A DNA stretch of 63,101 nucleotides, counting the filler, from Chthonomonadaceae bacterium (GTDB lineage Bacteria; Armatimonadota; Chthonomonadetes; Chthonomonadales; Chthonomonadaceae): assembly GCA_035650735.1 (NCBI GenBank). It is 6 parts of 6 records of this genome, joined end to end, with 100 filler letters (N's around TTAATTAATTAA, not from the genome) between each part and the next. Parts side by side here need not be neighbours in the genome. Positions count along the whole stretch, not along the records: positions 49,634 to 60,228 come from DASRGZ010000041.1; positions 60,329 to 63,101 come from DASRGZ010000054.1; 4 more parts are not named here. One strand, 5' to 3'. Shown here one piece after another: positions 51,513 to 61,637 of the stretch (position 1 is the first letter of the stretch; each line of letters starts with the position of its first letter). A program made the position numbers and the translations under genes. The notes under the pieces are model-generated. The model was not told the DNA's origin. It saw only the letters and a program-made list of their open reading frames with translations, and did no database searches.

Positions 51513-53037
51513 GCGCAGCCTCCTCGCCGTGCCCCTCTCCGACGCTCTCCTCGTCCTCGGCTTCCCGGTAGCGCAGATGCGTCAGATCGGCTCCAGCATA
51601 GTAGCGCCGCAAGATGGCCTGGAAATCGCTGGCCGATGGGCCTGCCGCCATCGCCATCGCCCCCGCCTGGCACATCCCGCGCCCGTGTCCCCAGCCGTGC
51701 CCCTCAAAAACGAACGCGCCGCCGGGCGCCCGATGCACGGTGAACAGCGTGCTGCGCAGGGTATCCACGCCAAGCAGCTTCCGCAGAAGATTGCCGGTGA
51801 TCTCGCGCACCACGGGCGGCGGGGCGGGAGGCGCTTGCCGAGGTGCGGGCGCGCGTTTCTGGCTCTTGCTGGAGGAGGGGGCTGGCGTCGGCGGCGTATC
51901 GGCCCCGGCATTCTTATCCGGCGCAGGCGTCCGCTGCGGGGCCTCTAGGGAAGCTGCTTCCCCATCCTGAGGGCGGTCGGGGATGTCTTCCGGCGTGTCG
52001 GGAAGCGGTACGGCGGGGGGCTTGGGCGGCTGCCGCCAGGTAAGGCGCAGGCGGCGCACACGCCCGGAAACGTCGGTTTCCGCGACCTCCACCGCCGAAA
52101 GCGTGCCCGGCGCGCGCAGGGCGGGCTGGCGGCCCAGGAGGGCCGCGAGGCGCTGGGGCGTATAGCGCAGAGTCCAGGTATGGTAGCGCGAACGCGAGCC
52201 GACATGGGCGTCGGCATCCACGACGGATCGCGGGCACGCCTCGGGGGTGGGGCCGGGCGCGGTCACGCCGCCGCAGTCGGCGCAGAAGGCGGCAACGATG
52301 GGCTGGTTGTCCACCGTCAGGATCAGGCCGGAGGTCTCACGGATGGCGCGGTCGCAGTCGGGCTGCTCGGCCTCGACGCCGCCGTAGACCTGCGAATCGG
52401 TGCTGTCGCGCAGGTCATAGCCTTCGGAGGCCCACTGGCCCAGGCTGCGCAGCGCATAGGTGCGGGAGGCGACCGCCTGCGCTTTAAGCGCTTCGAGGGG
52501 CGCACCGCCGCCCATCTCGCTGCCCACGACTCCGCGCAGGTAGGTCTCCAGGGGAACCTCGTTGACGACCCGCAGGCGTCCTGCGGCTACGCGGACCTCC
52601 AGGCTGCCCCGGTAATGGCGCGGGGGCCGGCCCGGCGCGGCCAAGCCCAACACCGTGTCGGCGGCGTCGCTTTGCAGTCGCCAGACGGCCCCGGCGGGCG
52701 CGGTTCCGAGTTCCTGCCCTTGCGCGTCAGAGGCGCGCGCGCCGGCCTGGGTGACGGTGATCGTCCAGGGGCCCATGCCCGCCGCACGCTCTCTTCCCTC
52801 CGGCCCCAGCAGACGCGCGCCCGGCTCCGCCGTCAGGGTCAGGGCGGTCGCCCCGGCAAAGCGCATCAGGCCCACGCGCACCAGTGGCGAGTCGGCTATA
52901 TAGCCGGCAGAGGGGGCGGCGTGCGCCCGCGAAGAAGCGAGAGCGCAGGCGAGCGCCAGGAGGGCAAGAAGGCCAAGGATAAGATACGAACGAGCAGGCA
53001 GAAAATGATGGCAGGCAGACGTCCGGGCGCGTTTCAC
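51502..53037 (-). CDS. SpoIID/LytB domain protein (peptidoglycan lytic enzyme)
   Basis: YRGSL, VVNEVPLETYLRGVV..EM, EALKAQAVASRTYA, QVYGG, GWGHGRGMCQAGA, ILRRYY; GTG start after GAGGAG. Confidence 0.92.
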   Translation of the reverse strand: MKRARTSACHHFLPARSYLILGLLALLALACALASSRAHAAPSAGYIADSPLVRVGLMRFAGATALTLTAEPGARLLGPEGRERAAGMGPWTITVTQAGARASDAQGQELGTAPAGAVWRLQSDAADTVLGLAAPGRPPRHYRGSLEVRVAAGRLRVVNEVPLETYLRGVVGSEMGGGAPLEALKAQAVASRTYALRSLGQWASEGYDLRDSTDSQVYGGVEAEQPDCDRAIRETSGLILTVDNQPIVAAFCADCGGVTAPGPTPEACPRSVVDADAHVGSRSRYHTWTLRYTPQRLAALLGRQPALRAPGTLSAVEVAETDVSGRVRRLRLTWRQPPKPPAVPLPDTPEDIPDRPQDGEAASLEAPQRTPAPDKNAGADTPPTPAPSSSKSQKRAPAPRQAPPAPPPVVREITGNLLRKLLGVDTLRSTLFTVHRAPGGAFVFEGHGWGHGRGMCQAGAMAMAAGPSASDFQAILRRYYAGADLTHLRYREAEDEESVGEGHGEEAAHGR

Positions 53038-53294
53038 GACGTCGGGCTCCTCCGCGCAGCGGCGCGGCAGTGGGTAGTATGCTCCGCCATTATAGCACAC
53101 TGGCCCGTCAGACGGCAAGCGGCAATTGGACCGGAATCACCGGCAGAAAATTGCAAAAAAGGGTGCAGGCTGTGACAAATGGCCCCGCAAAAAACGTACA
53201 AGAAACGAGCGGCTCCAATTCGCGCCAATGCGAGCGGACGGCGAAAGATGCGGCAACGCCTGCCAATATTTGCTAAGCCGGCAATGCTTGCAAG

Positions 53295-53323
53295 TTGACA
53301 AACGCCCCTCACGTTGGTATAAT
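53295..53323 (+). promoter_or_regulatory. consensus sigma70 promoter of the ABC/TPR operon
   Basis: TTGACA-17 bp-TATAAT with extended -10 TG. Confidence 0.8.
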
Positions 53324-53576
53324 ACCCGATGGCGTGGCAAACTCTATCTGGCACGCGGCTGTGCCGCGCCTGTCTTCGTGACGGGGGTGGATCTTCCTCA
53401 AATGCCTCGGTAACGCCGACTCCGGGCCTGGACGCCCCGCTTCGTAACGCCGCTGGCAAGCGCGGCCTCATCGCGGTTTCGGTTTCGCGAATAGCCATGC
53501 GACGAAACCGAGTTTGCTCTCTTGCATCTATTCTCACTGTATTTCCGTCCCAAGGACGGAGGGAGGACTCTATTTA

Positions 53577-54557
53577 ATGGCTGCTGCGATCTCTATCCAC
53601 GGCCTCACCAAAAAGTACGTGGATGTCTGGCAGAAGCAGGAGGTTGTTGCCGTCAACAATCTCAACCTGGACGTCGAAGAGGGCGAAATCTTCGGCTTCC
53701 TGGGACGCAACGGCGCCGGCAAAACCACCACGATTAAGATGCTGCTCGGGCTGATCTTCCCGACAGCCGGTGACGCCACCATCCTGGGTCGGCCGATGGG
53801 CGACAACAACGTCAAGCGCGAGCTGGCCTATCTGCCGGAAGAAACCTATTTCTATGACTCGATGACCGGTTGGGACCTGCTGGACTTCTATGCCCGCCTG
53901 TTCCGCATTCCCGAGCCGGAGCGAAGCCGCCGCGTCCAGCTGGCGCTGGAGAAGGTGCGCCTGCAGCCGGAGGCGTGGAAGCGCAGCGTGCGCGGCTACT
54001 CTAAGGGTATGCGCCAACGCATCGGCATCGCCCAGGCGCTCATCAATGACCCCAAGCTGCTCTTCCTCGATGAGCCGACCTCCGGCCTGGACCCCATCGC
54101 CCACGCCGAACTGCGCGATATCGTCGCCAGCCTTAAGGAGGAAGGCAAGACCGTCTTTCTCTCCTCGCACCAACTGGCCGACGTCGAGCTGATCTGCTCC
54201 CGCGTGGCCATCATCCACAACGGCAAGCTGCTGCGCACCGGCAAGATCAAAGACCTGCTGGCCGGCGAGCGCACCGAGATCATCGTGCAGGGGCGGGAAC
54301 TGGGCAACGGCATGCTCCAGAAGCTCAAGGATCTCGTGCCCGTCGTCGAGCCGATCTACGACCATACCGAGGCCGACGATGCGCTGGGCGGCGTGCCCAC
54401 GGACATGCTGCGCCTTAGCTCCGACGACTTCGAGAAGACGACGGCGGTGATTGACCTGGTTCGCGGCGTCAAAGGCCGAATCGTTTCGATTGTGCCGCAC
54501 AAGCGTACCCTGGAGGATGTGTTCGTGGAGACCGTCCGCAAGGAGGATGGTGTTTAA
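53577..54557 (+). CDS. ABC transporter ATP-binding protein (ABC-2/PilH-like)
   Basis: GGAGG RBS; GRNGAGKTT, YSKGMRQR, FLDEPTSGLDP, LSSH. Confidence 0.95.
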   Translation: MAAAISIHGLTKKYVDVWQKQEVVAVNNLNLDVEEGEIFGFLGRNGAGKTTTIKMLLGLIFPTAGDATILGRPMGDNNVKRELAYLPEETYFYDSMTGWDLLDFYARLFRIPEPERSRRVQLALEKVRLQPEAWKRSVRGYSKGMRQRIGIAQALINDPKLLFLDEPTSGLDPIAHAELRDIVASLKEEGKTVFLSSHQLADVELICSRVAIIHNGKLLRTGKIKDLLAGERTEIIVQGRELGNGMLQKLKDLVPVVEPIYDHTEADDALGGVPTDMLRLSSDDFEKTTAVIDLVRGVKGRIVSIVPHKRTLEDVFVETVRKEDGV

Positions 54558-54560
54558 GTC

Positions 54561-55334
54561 ATGGTTGCATTAGCTATTGCCAATCAAACCGTTCGCGAGG
54601 CCCTGCGACGGCGCGTCATGTGGATCTTCCTGATCATCGGCGTTTTCCTGATCGCGCTCGGCCCGGTGTTCGGCTTCCTCAATCCCCGCGACAGCCAGGT
54701 AGTGTTGAAGAGCCTGGGGCTGGCCGCTATTCTGCTGGCCGGTTTATTCATTACCATTGTCACCTGCATCTACCTGATCCCCATCGAGATCGAGCGGCGC
54801 ACGATCTACACCGTGCTTTCCAAGCCGGTGCAGCGCTATGAGTTCGTCCTGGGCAAGTTCCTGGGCGGGTTCGCCACGGTCTTCGTCAACATTGCGGCCA
54901 TGGGCGTCGTATTTCTGGCGATGCTCTGGCTCCAGACGCCCGGCCATCATGTCCCGCCGGATATGTTCAAGGGCATTATGCTGACCTTCTTCCAGATGCT
55001 GCTGCTGGCGGCGCTGACGATCTTCTTCTCGACGTTCGCCACGCCGGTAGTCAACTTCTTCCTCTCGTTTGGCATCTTCCTGGTCGGCAACCTGAGCAGC
55101 GTCACCGACTCGCTGACCACCAGCCGCAACGCGATTGCGCGCGGCGTAGGCACGCTGGTGCACTACCTGCTGCCTAACTTCGGCAACTTCAACATTCAGA
55201 ACTCGATCATCCATCCCCAGATTGAGATCGCCAACGCCAACGCCTTTATGATGCAGAGCATTGCTTATGCCCTCATCTACTCTGCGGTTCTGCTCATTCT
55301 GGCTATTCTGATCTTTGACCGCCGGGAGGTCTAA
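54561..55334 (+). CDS. ABC-2 type permease (PilI-like)
   Basis: IANQTVREALRRR, EIERRTIYTVLSKPVQRYEFVLGKFLG, IFDRREV. Confidence 0.9.
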   Translation: MVALAIANQTVREALRRRVMWIFLIIGVFLIALGPVFGFLNPRDSQVVLKSLGLAAILLAGLFITIVTCIYLIPIEIERRTIYTVLSKPVQRYEFVLGKFLGGFATVFVNIAAMGVVFLAMLWLQTPGHHVPPDMFKGIMLTFFQMLLLAALTIFFSTFATPVVNFFLSFGIFLVGNLSSVTDSLTTSRNAIARGVGTLVHYLLPNFGNFNIQNSIIHPQIEIANANAFMMQSIAYALIYSAVLLILAILIFDRREV

Positions 55335-55337
55335 CAT

Positions 55338-56840
55338 ATGGCGGCAACAACTAAAATCTATACCCAGGACAGTATCCGGCGGCGCAAGATGCTGCTGCCG
55401 CTGATGCTGGTCTTGCTGCTGATAGTGGTGCCCTTCTTGCAGAAGACGATTGACCCGACGGCGGAGGAGTACCACAAGGGCGAGAAGAGCCTGGTTACCG
55501 CTGGCATGGGGCTTAACAATGAGTTCCTGCTGCTGCCGATGCTGGGCTTCCGCGAGGCGGCGGCGGGCCTGCTGTGGGTGCGCTGCGATGAGTTCTTCCA
55601 CAGCGGCGACTACGACGCCATTCTGCCGCTGGTCCGCCTGATCACCTGGCTGGACCCGCACGCCGATAACGTCTACGTCACCGGCGCCTGGCACCTGTCC
55701 TATAACTTCACTGACTCGTCGGAGCGTTCCGACCGCCGCTATATTCCGCCGGCCATGCGCCTTCTGGATGAGGGGATTCAAAACAATATGAACATCCCCG
55801 ACATCAAGTTTGAGAAGGGCTGGCAGCTTTACGATAAGGTCAAGGACTTTAACGGGGCGGAGGATGCCTTCAAGCTGGCGCTGGCCACCAAGCCCTCGAA
55901 AAACAGCGACGACTATCCCTATGGCGCGCCGCTGCGCATCTGGCACACGCTGGCCCACGCCTACGAGAAGCAGGGCCGCATCCCCGAAGCGCTGGCTACC
56001 TGGCAGAAGGCGATGCAGCGGGCGCACGAGATGCTGGGGCGCAACCCCAAGGACTACAGCACCAAGCAGCTCCTCGCGGCGGAAAAGCATAACTACGAGC
56101 TAACCCTGCAGCGCTACCAGGACCGCTATCAGACCAGCGGCCACGACCATACCAACCCGACGCCCTATCCGGCGGTGCTGATGCCTGCGGCGGGCAGCAA
56201 AACGCTGGGGCCGTGGGACGGCAGCTTCGAGCCGCACGTCGAAATCACCCGCCCGAAGGTGTTCAAGGTCTCGGGACGGTTCGCGGTAGCCGACGGTGCG
56301 CGCGTAGATGTGCGCATTGAGGACGAGGACTACAAGCCGATTGATGTCTCCAATGCGCGCGACGCCTTCAATATCCCCCTGGATCAGACGATCCTGGTGG
56401 ATACGGTCTCGGTGCGCAAGACCCGATTCGAGCGCGAGATGGATATGAGCCGGGATGCCAAGATGTATAGCTTCAGCAAGCCCTACCTCAAGGTCATCCT
56501 CTCCTACAATCCGCGCACGACCTCGCCGCACTTGCAAGACCGCTTCGGCTGGAGCGGCGAAGGTCTCACCGACCGCAATCCCAATTACGTCTACTACGAT
56601 AAGCGCCCGGAACTGCTGGGCACCAAGCTGATCGAGGGACAGCAGGGGGATGGGCCGAAGTGGGACGGCAAGGATGAGACGTGGCGGCAGGGCGGCAGAC
56701 GTCCGGAAGGCAGCACGGAGGAGTGGAAGCCGGGCGGACAGCCCCCGCGCCTGATCAAGGTGACCTACCGGGTCAAGGCGGAGGACGTCCTCAACGGCGG
56801 CAAGGTCCTGACGGACAAGGACATCGTCCCGAACGACTGA
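55338..56840 (+). CDS. membrane-anchored TPR-like protein
   Basis: N-terminal TM; LGFREAAAGLLWV..ITWLDPH..Y..GAWHLSYN; TPR-like helix WHTLAHAYEKQGRIPEALATWQKA. Confidence 0.85.
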   Translation: MAATTKIYTQDSIRRRKMLLPLMLVLLLIVVPFLQKTIDPTAEEYHKGEKSLVTAGMGLNNEFLLLPMLGFREAAAGLLWVRCDEFFHSGDYDAILPLVRLITWLDPHADNVYVTGAWHLSYNFTDSSERSDRRYIPPAMRLLDEGIQNNMNIPDIKFEKGWQLYDKVKDFNGAEDAFKLALATKPSKNSDDYPYGAPLRIWHTLAHAYEKQGRIPEALATWQKAMQRAHEMLGRNPKDYSTKQLLAAEKHNYELTLQRYQDRYQTSGHDHTNPTPYPAVLMPAAGSKTLGPWDGSFEPHVEITRPKVFKVSGRFAVADGARVDVRIEDEDYKPIDVSNARDAFNIPLDQTILVDTVSVRKTRFEREMDMSRDAKMYSFSKPYLKVILSYNPRTTSPHLQDRFGWSGEGLTDRNPNYVYYDKRPELLGTKLIEGQQGDGPKWDGKDETWRQGGRRPEGSTEEWKPGGQPPRLIKVTYRVKAEDVLNGGKVLTDKDIVPND

Positions 56841-56879
56841 TTACGCTTCCTTACGATATTGGCAAGCATCTAAAGTCAC

Positions 56880-56909
56880 GGGGAGGGCCTTTTGGTCCTC
56901 CCCTTTTTT
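56880..56909 (+). terminator. intrinsic terminator
   Basis: GGGGAGGGCC-TTTT-GGTCCTCCCC followed by TTTTTT. Confidence 0.85.
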
Positions 56910-56923
56910 GCCTAACCCTCTCC

Positions 56924-58252
56924 CGGTAGGCTAAACCCCATAGTTGTTGCTTGGCCGTTGGCTTGCTTGCCGAGAGTGGGCCGTTGGGATAGCATCTGGG
57001 CATGATTGCCCTGGAAGAACTCCTGGCGGTTCTGCCCGCCCACCAACTCCAACACCTGGCGGTGCGCTTCGGTCTGGAACCGGATGCCTACGTTGGCCTG
57101 CCGGGGCACGTCGTGTTCGTCTGTCTTCTGAATGCCTTGGTCAACCATCCGCTGGCCACCCAGCGGCGGCTGGAGCAGACCTACACCCAACAGACGGGCA
57201 CCACCGCCGATCACAGCAGCGTCACTCGGGCGTTGGCTCGCCTGAACCCGGCCTACTTTGAGGCTGTATTCGACACGCTCTACCCCCGGATCGCCCCCAA
57301 GATGCGCCCCGGAGAAGCCAACGCCCTGCGGATACGCCGGAGCGACGCGACGCAGGGGACCCTCTCGGCCAAGCGGCTGGCCTTTGGCATCGGCTATGGG
57401 ATGCGCAATGGCACGGCCCAGCGCTCCGTCAAGAGCGTCATCGAACTCCCAGAGGAGCGCCTGCCCCGCCTGCTGCACCGCTGTAGCCAGCAGACCGAGC
57501 ACAGCGACAATCGGGCTAGCGGCAGCCTGCTGCCAACAAAGACCCGTCCCGGCGACCTGTAGCTCTTCGACGGCGGGGTGCCTGGGCAGGCGCATCTGCT
57601 GGGCATGCATGAGGCGGGCGGGTTCTTCCTGACCCCGCTGCACCCCCAGCAGACCTGGCAGGGGCTGGCCCGGCTCTGGCAGGCGCCGCAGGGGCTGCCG
57701 GCCCCCACCGATCCGACCTTTGGGCTGCTTTGAGTCGAGCAAGTGCGTCTGCCCCCCAGCCCCCGTGGCCGCTCGGGCAAGCACGCAGAGGCTGACTTTG
57801 ACCAGCGCCTCAGCCCGATGCGGCTTATCCTGGTGCATGGGGAGGGCTTTGATGGGCCAAGCAAGCAGGGGAAGCCATTGCCGCTTGTGACCAACCTGCC
57901 GCTTAGTCCGGACCAAACCCAAGCCGGGCCCTACCGCTTCTGGGAGTTGGCGGCCCTCTCCAAGAGCCGCTGGGCGCTGGCGAGCTTCTTTTAAGTTTGT
58001 CAAGCAGCCTCTGCGTTGCGATCATTTGCTTAGCCGCAACGCGAAGAGCCTTCGGATCAGCCTCTACAGGAGCCTGAGCGCCGCCTTGTTGCTGCTCTGG
58101 TATCCGCGCCGCACCGGGATAGACCGGGGAGGGCGCTCGGTCAAGTTGTGGTTGGCCCAAGATTTGCAGGCGTGGACCCGGTAGGCGCTCACGAGCGTAT
58201 TCGCGCCTAGCGGCTGAATGAGCAATCAACACTATTGGGCTAAACCCTGCCG
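56924..58252 (+). mobile_element. IS4-like insertion sequence with pseudogenised DDE transposase
   Basis: Imperfect IRs CGGTAGGCTAAACCCCATAGTTGTTG / CAACACTATTGGGCTAAACCCTGCCG; ORF from 57002 with DAT, LFDGG, LVTNL..ELAALSKSRWALASFF motifs broken by stops (57560, 57731, 57992). Confidence 0.8.
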
Positions 58253-58356
58253 CTGGGGGGCCTGCGGCCTGCTGCCCACCTACGCGGGCAAGTACCGATT
58301 TAGAATAGCAAAGATCATCAAGGGAAGGGGGACCCAGCTTGCGATGGTTCTCGCCC

Positions 58357-58932
58357 TCACCCTCGGCCGCTCTCCTTATCGGCAATCCTGATGATGCGAT
58401 AGTCGAGCCAAGAGAGCACGATATAAGAGGGGCAGGCCAACCGCTCCCAGAGCACAAAGGGCTCTAGCCCATTCGCTCGCGCCACAAACAGGCTCATGAC
58501 GGTACCGTGCGTCACGATGGCGAGGTTTTGGTCAGCGTGTTCTTGTATGACATGCTCCACCGCCCCGGCAAAGCGGCGATACGCCTGATCGGCGGTCTCT
58601 CTGCCGATGACCAGTGCCTGTGGATTGGCGAAGAAACGGGAGAACGCGGCCTTCCAGGTGACGCTATCCAGGAAGGGAAAGCCGGTACGGTCGTTTTCAT
58701 GCAGTCTTTGCGCTACTTCCCACGACACGCCCAAGAGATTGGCAATTATCTGCGCCGTTTCCCGTGCCTTCGGCTCGACGCTGGACACGACGGTGGCGAG
58801 GTCCCATCCAGCAAGCTCCTGCGCCAGAGCGTGACAGGAGCGACGGCCCTCCTCAGATAGAGGCCACAGGTTGGATGCTTGCTCTGGCCGCACAACCGGC
58901 ATGGCATGTTTGACCAGGATAAGGTGTTGCAT
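58357..58932 (-). CDS. histidine phosphatase (phosphoglycerate mutase-like) family protein
   Basis: LILVKHA, LSEEGR, SSVEPKARETA, LHE, IVTHG. Confidence 0.88.
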   Translation of the reverse strand: MQHLILVKHAMPVVRPEQASNLWPLSEEGRRSCHALAQELAGWDLATVVSSVEPKARETAQIIANLLGVSWEVAQRLHENDRTGFPFLDSVTWKAAFSRFFANPQALVIGRETADQAYRRFAGAVEHVIQEHADQNLAIVTHGTVMSLFVARANGLEPFVLWERLACPSYIVLSWLDYRIIRIADKESGRG

Positions 58933-59067
58933 GTCTTGTTGATCTCACTGCCGCCTCGTGCTCAGTTAAGCGAGATTTTATACTCTTCGAGGCGATAGAA
59001 CCTATCTCGACATAAAACTCAGAATTCAGCTTAATGGAGCCCGGGTGTCGGGGTGAGGCGGCATAAT

Positions 59068-59102
59068 AAAACGGCTGGAAGTCTATGACCTCCAGCCGCT
59101 TT
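59068..59102. terminator. probable terminator downstream of the RRM gene
   Basis: AAACGGCTGGA-N-TCCAGCCGCTTT hairpin. Confidence 0.55.
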
Positions 59103-59130
59103 GTCTCAAAGGTTGGGTGGTATCTAGAAA

Positions 59131-59478
59131 CTACCAGCGCCCACCACTACCGCGATTGCGGTTGGTGTTGCGAGCGCCGCCGCCATAGCCGCCGCCCCGA
59201 TTGCCACCGCCGTAGGAGGAGGAACGCTCCTCGCGCGGCCGGGCCTCATTGACCGTCAGCGTGCGGCCGCCCAGCATGGTGCCGTTGAGCGCCTGGATCG
59301 CGGAGTCCGCCTCGGAGTCCGTGGACATCTCCACGAAGCCGAAGCCCTTGGATTGGCCGGTAAACTTATCGGTGACGATAGCCACGGAAGTCACGGTGCC
59401 CTGCGAAGCAAACAGGTTCTCCAGATCCTCCTCAACGGTGGAATAGGGCAGCCCGCCCACATAGATGCGCTTTGCCAT
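59131..59478 (-). CDS. RRM RNA-binding protein with Gly-rich tail
   Basis: RNP2 IYVGGL, RNP1 KGFGFVEM, LTVNEARPRE; AAGGAG RBS. Confidence 0.96.
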   Translation of the reverse strand: MAKRIYVGGLPYSTVEEDLENLFASQGTVTSVAIVTDKFTGQSKGFGFVEMSTDSEADSAIQALNGTMLGGRTLTVNEARPREERSSSYGGGNRGGGYGGGARNTNRNRGSGGRW

Positions 59479-59764
59479 TCGAGATGGCTCCTTTCTTGGC
59501 TTTCCCTTACGGAAAGAGAGATGCGTCCCCTTCGGGGAACAGGATAGAGGTGAAGCCTGTCGTTATCTTCACCATCTGAGACGCACGGCAGGAAAGCAAG
59601 AAAGAGCCGAAGACAGAGCAGAGGGGCCAGAGTGGCGGGGCTGCATCCACAGCGGTTCTATTGCACTTCGTGTCGTCGCACAGACAGTTTAGTATACCAC
59701 AGAAATCGGGGCGCTACAGGAAAATTTGCGCTTTTTGAGAAATTGGATGCCCGGACGACCTAGC

Positions 59765-60007
59765 TCAGAGGTCCATCGGGCCATACTGCATATCGCCATA
59801 GAAGGGATGCTGTACCCATCCTTCCGGCGATTTCTCTTTGGGCTCTCCTTTCCTCTCCAGGATGCAGTGTTTCCAGCCGGGATAGGTCGAATCCATCCAG
59901 GCGCACCAGGAGGCATTCTGCGCCACCTGGTCCTGCGGCAGCCAGAGGCCATGTCCGGTCTCGCCTTTGGGGCCCACCCAGGCGATGCAACGCCAGGTTT
60001 TCAGCAT
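59765..60007 (-). CDS. small hypothetical protein
   Basis: Trp-rich ORF MLKTWRCIAWVGPKGETGHGLWLP...; no recognisable motif; start uncertain. Confidence 0.35.
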   Translation of the reverse strand: MLKTWRCIAWVGPKGETGHGLWLPQDQVAQNASWCAWMDSTYPGWKHCILERKGEPKEKSPEGWVQHPFYGDMQYGPMDL

Positions 60008-60070
60008 ACAGATACGCATGCGACACCTCACATCCTTGTTGCCTCAATCAGCGCCAATATCCTTCCGTTT

Positions 60071-60228
60071 TAGGTTGCGGGCGAATAAATTCGCGGCAAC
60101 AAAAGCACAAAGTCGCCCTGCGGCGACTACAGACCTCCCCCCCGGCCCCTCTCCTTGGGAAGGAGAGGGGAGAAAGGAGTCCGCGAAGGCGGACTTGGTG
60201 CCTTTGTTGCTGCGGCTGATGACCTTGG
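60071..60228. repeat. composite inverted repeat enclosing a REP-like hairpin
   Basis: GCGGCAACAAAAGCACAAAGTC / GACTTGGTGCCTTTGTTGCTGC arms around CCCCTCTCCTT-GGG-AAGGAGAGGGG. Confidence 0.75.
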
Positions 60229-60328
60229 NNNNNNNNNNNNNNNNNNNNNNNNNNNNNNNNNNNNNNNNNNNNTTAATTAATTAANNNNNNNNNNNNNNNN
60301 NNNNNNNNNNNNNNNNNNNNNNNNNNNN
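60229..60328. other. artificial contig linker
   Basis: N-run + TTAATTAATTAA + N-run. Confidence 0.98.
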
Positions 60329-60642
60329 CTGCTTCATGGATGCTTGGCTCCTTTTACGATGGAGTCTATCACATCCAATGGCCTAAATTCTGGGAGTCAG
60401 ATCACTTAAGATGAGTCGATGGTACAGTGTTTCTACCAGGTTGCTGTCATTATACGACGGAGTTGCGATCTTGTCAAGAGGGTTTTTGCTTTTTTTTTTC
60501 GGCAATTTGGTTGCTCCCACATGGACATCTGTACGTACAACGCTATCGCATCGCTACCACGCATACACGATTAATCGCTCGCCCGCTACCCGCCTTTTTC
60601 ACGCCGCGCGCGTGCCGAACCCGGAGGAGAGAAAGGAATACG

Positions 60643-61614
60643 GAGAATCGCGACTGGGGCGGGGCGTTCGCGGTCTATCGGGGGCTAACGGAGGCGCTGC
60701 CCTATCACCGCCTGTTCAACAGTCCCATCGCCGAAGGGGCCATCGTCGGCACGGGCGTCGGCTATGGCCTAGAAGGGGGCCGCGCGCTGATCGAACTGAT
60801 GTACTGCGACTTTCTGGGCCGCGCCGGAGACGAGATCTTCAACCAGCTTGCCAAGTGGCAGGCGATGTCCGGGGGGCTGCTGAAGATGCCGGTCGTGCTG
60901 CGGGTGTCGGTGGGCAGCAAGTACGGGGCCCAGCACAGCCAGGACTGGACGGCGCTGTGCGCGCACATTCCGGGCCTCAAGGTCGTCTTCCCCGCCACGC
61001 CCTACGACGCCAAGGGGCTGATGTACGCCGCCTTGACCGGAACCGATCCGGTCGTCTTCTTCGAGAGCCAGCGCCTCTACGATCAGCCGGAACTGTTTCA
61101 TGGCACACAGGGCGTGCCGGAGGGCTATTACGAGGTTCCGCTCGGCGAGCCGGACATCAAGCAGGCGGGCGCAGACCTGACGATCCTGACGGTCGGCGCG
61201 ACGCTCTACCGGGCGCTGGAGGCGGCGAAGACGCTCAAGGCGCAGTACGGCCTGAGCGCGGAGATCATAGATGCGCGCTCCCTCGTGCCGTTCCACTACG
61301 AGAAAGTCATCGAGAGCGTGCAGAAGACGGGGCGCATCCTGCTCTGCTCGGACGCCTGCGAGCGGGGCAGCTTCCTGCAGACGATGGCGGCCAGGATCGG
61401 CCAGTTCGCCTTTGATTATCTGGACGCGCCGCCGGTGGTGCTGGGGGCGAGGAACTGGATCACGCCGCCGGACGAGGTGGAGGACAGCTTCTTCCCGTTC
61501 CCCTCCGACATTCTGGACACGATCCATACGCATCTGGAGCCGCTGCCGGGGTATGTTGTCCAGCGTCCGTGCGACACGGCAGAGTTGCTAAGGAGAAGCC
61601 GGGAGGGGATCTAG
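60643..61614 (+). pseudogene. 2-oxoacid dehydrogenase E1 beta/transketolase C-terminal module lacking its N-terminus
   Basis: [59 protein letters not shown]; homology starts abruptly without a standard start codon. Confidence 0.8.
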
Positions 61615-61637
61615 CCGCAAAGCCGTTGGTTGCGGTA

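Noticed and set aside
53333..53400. c-di-GMP-I riboswitch (GGCAAAC seed)
   Set aside because: The GAAA tetraloop and GCAAAG elements in the expected arrangement are missing
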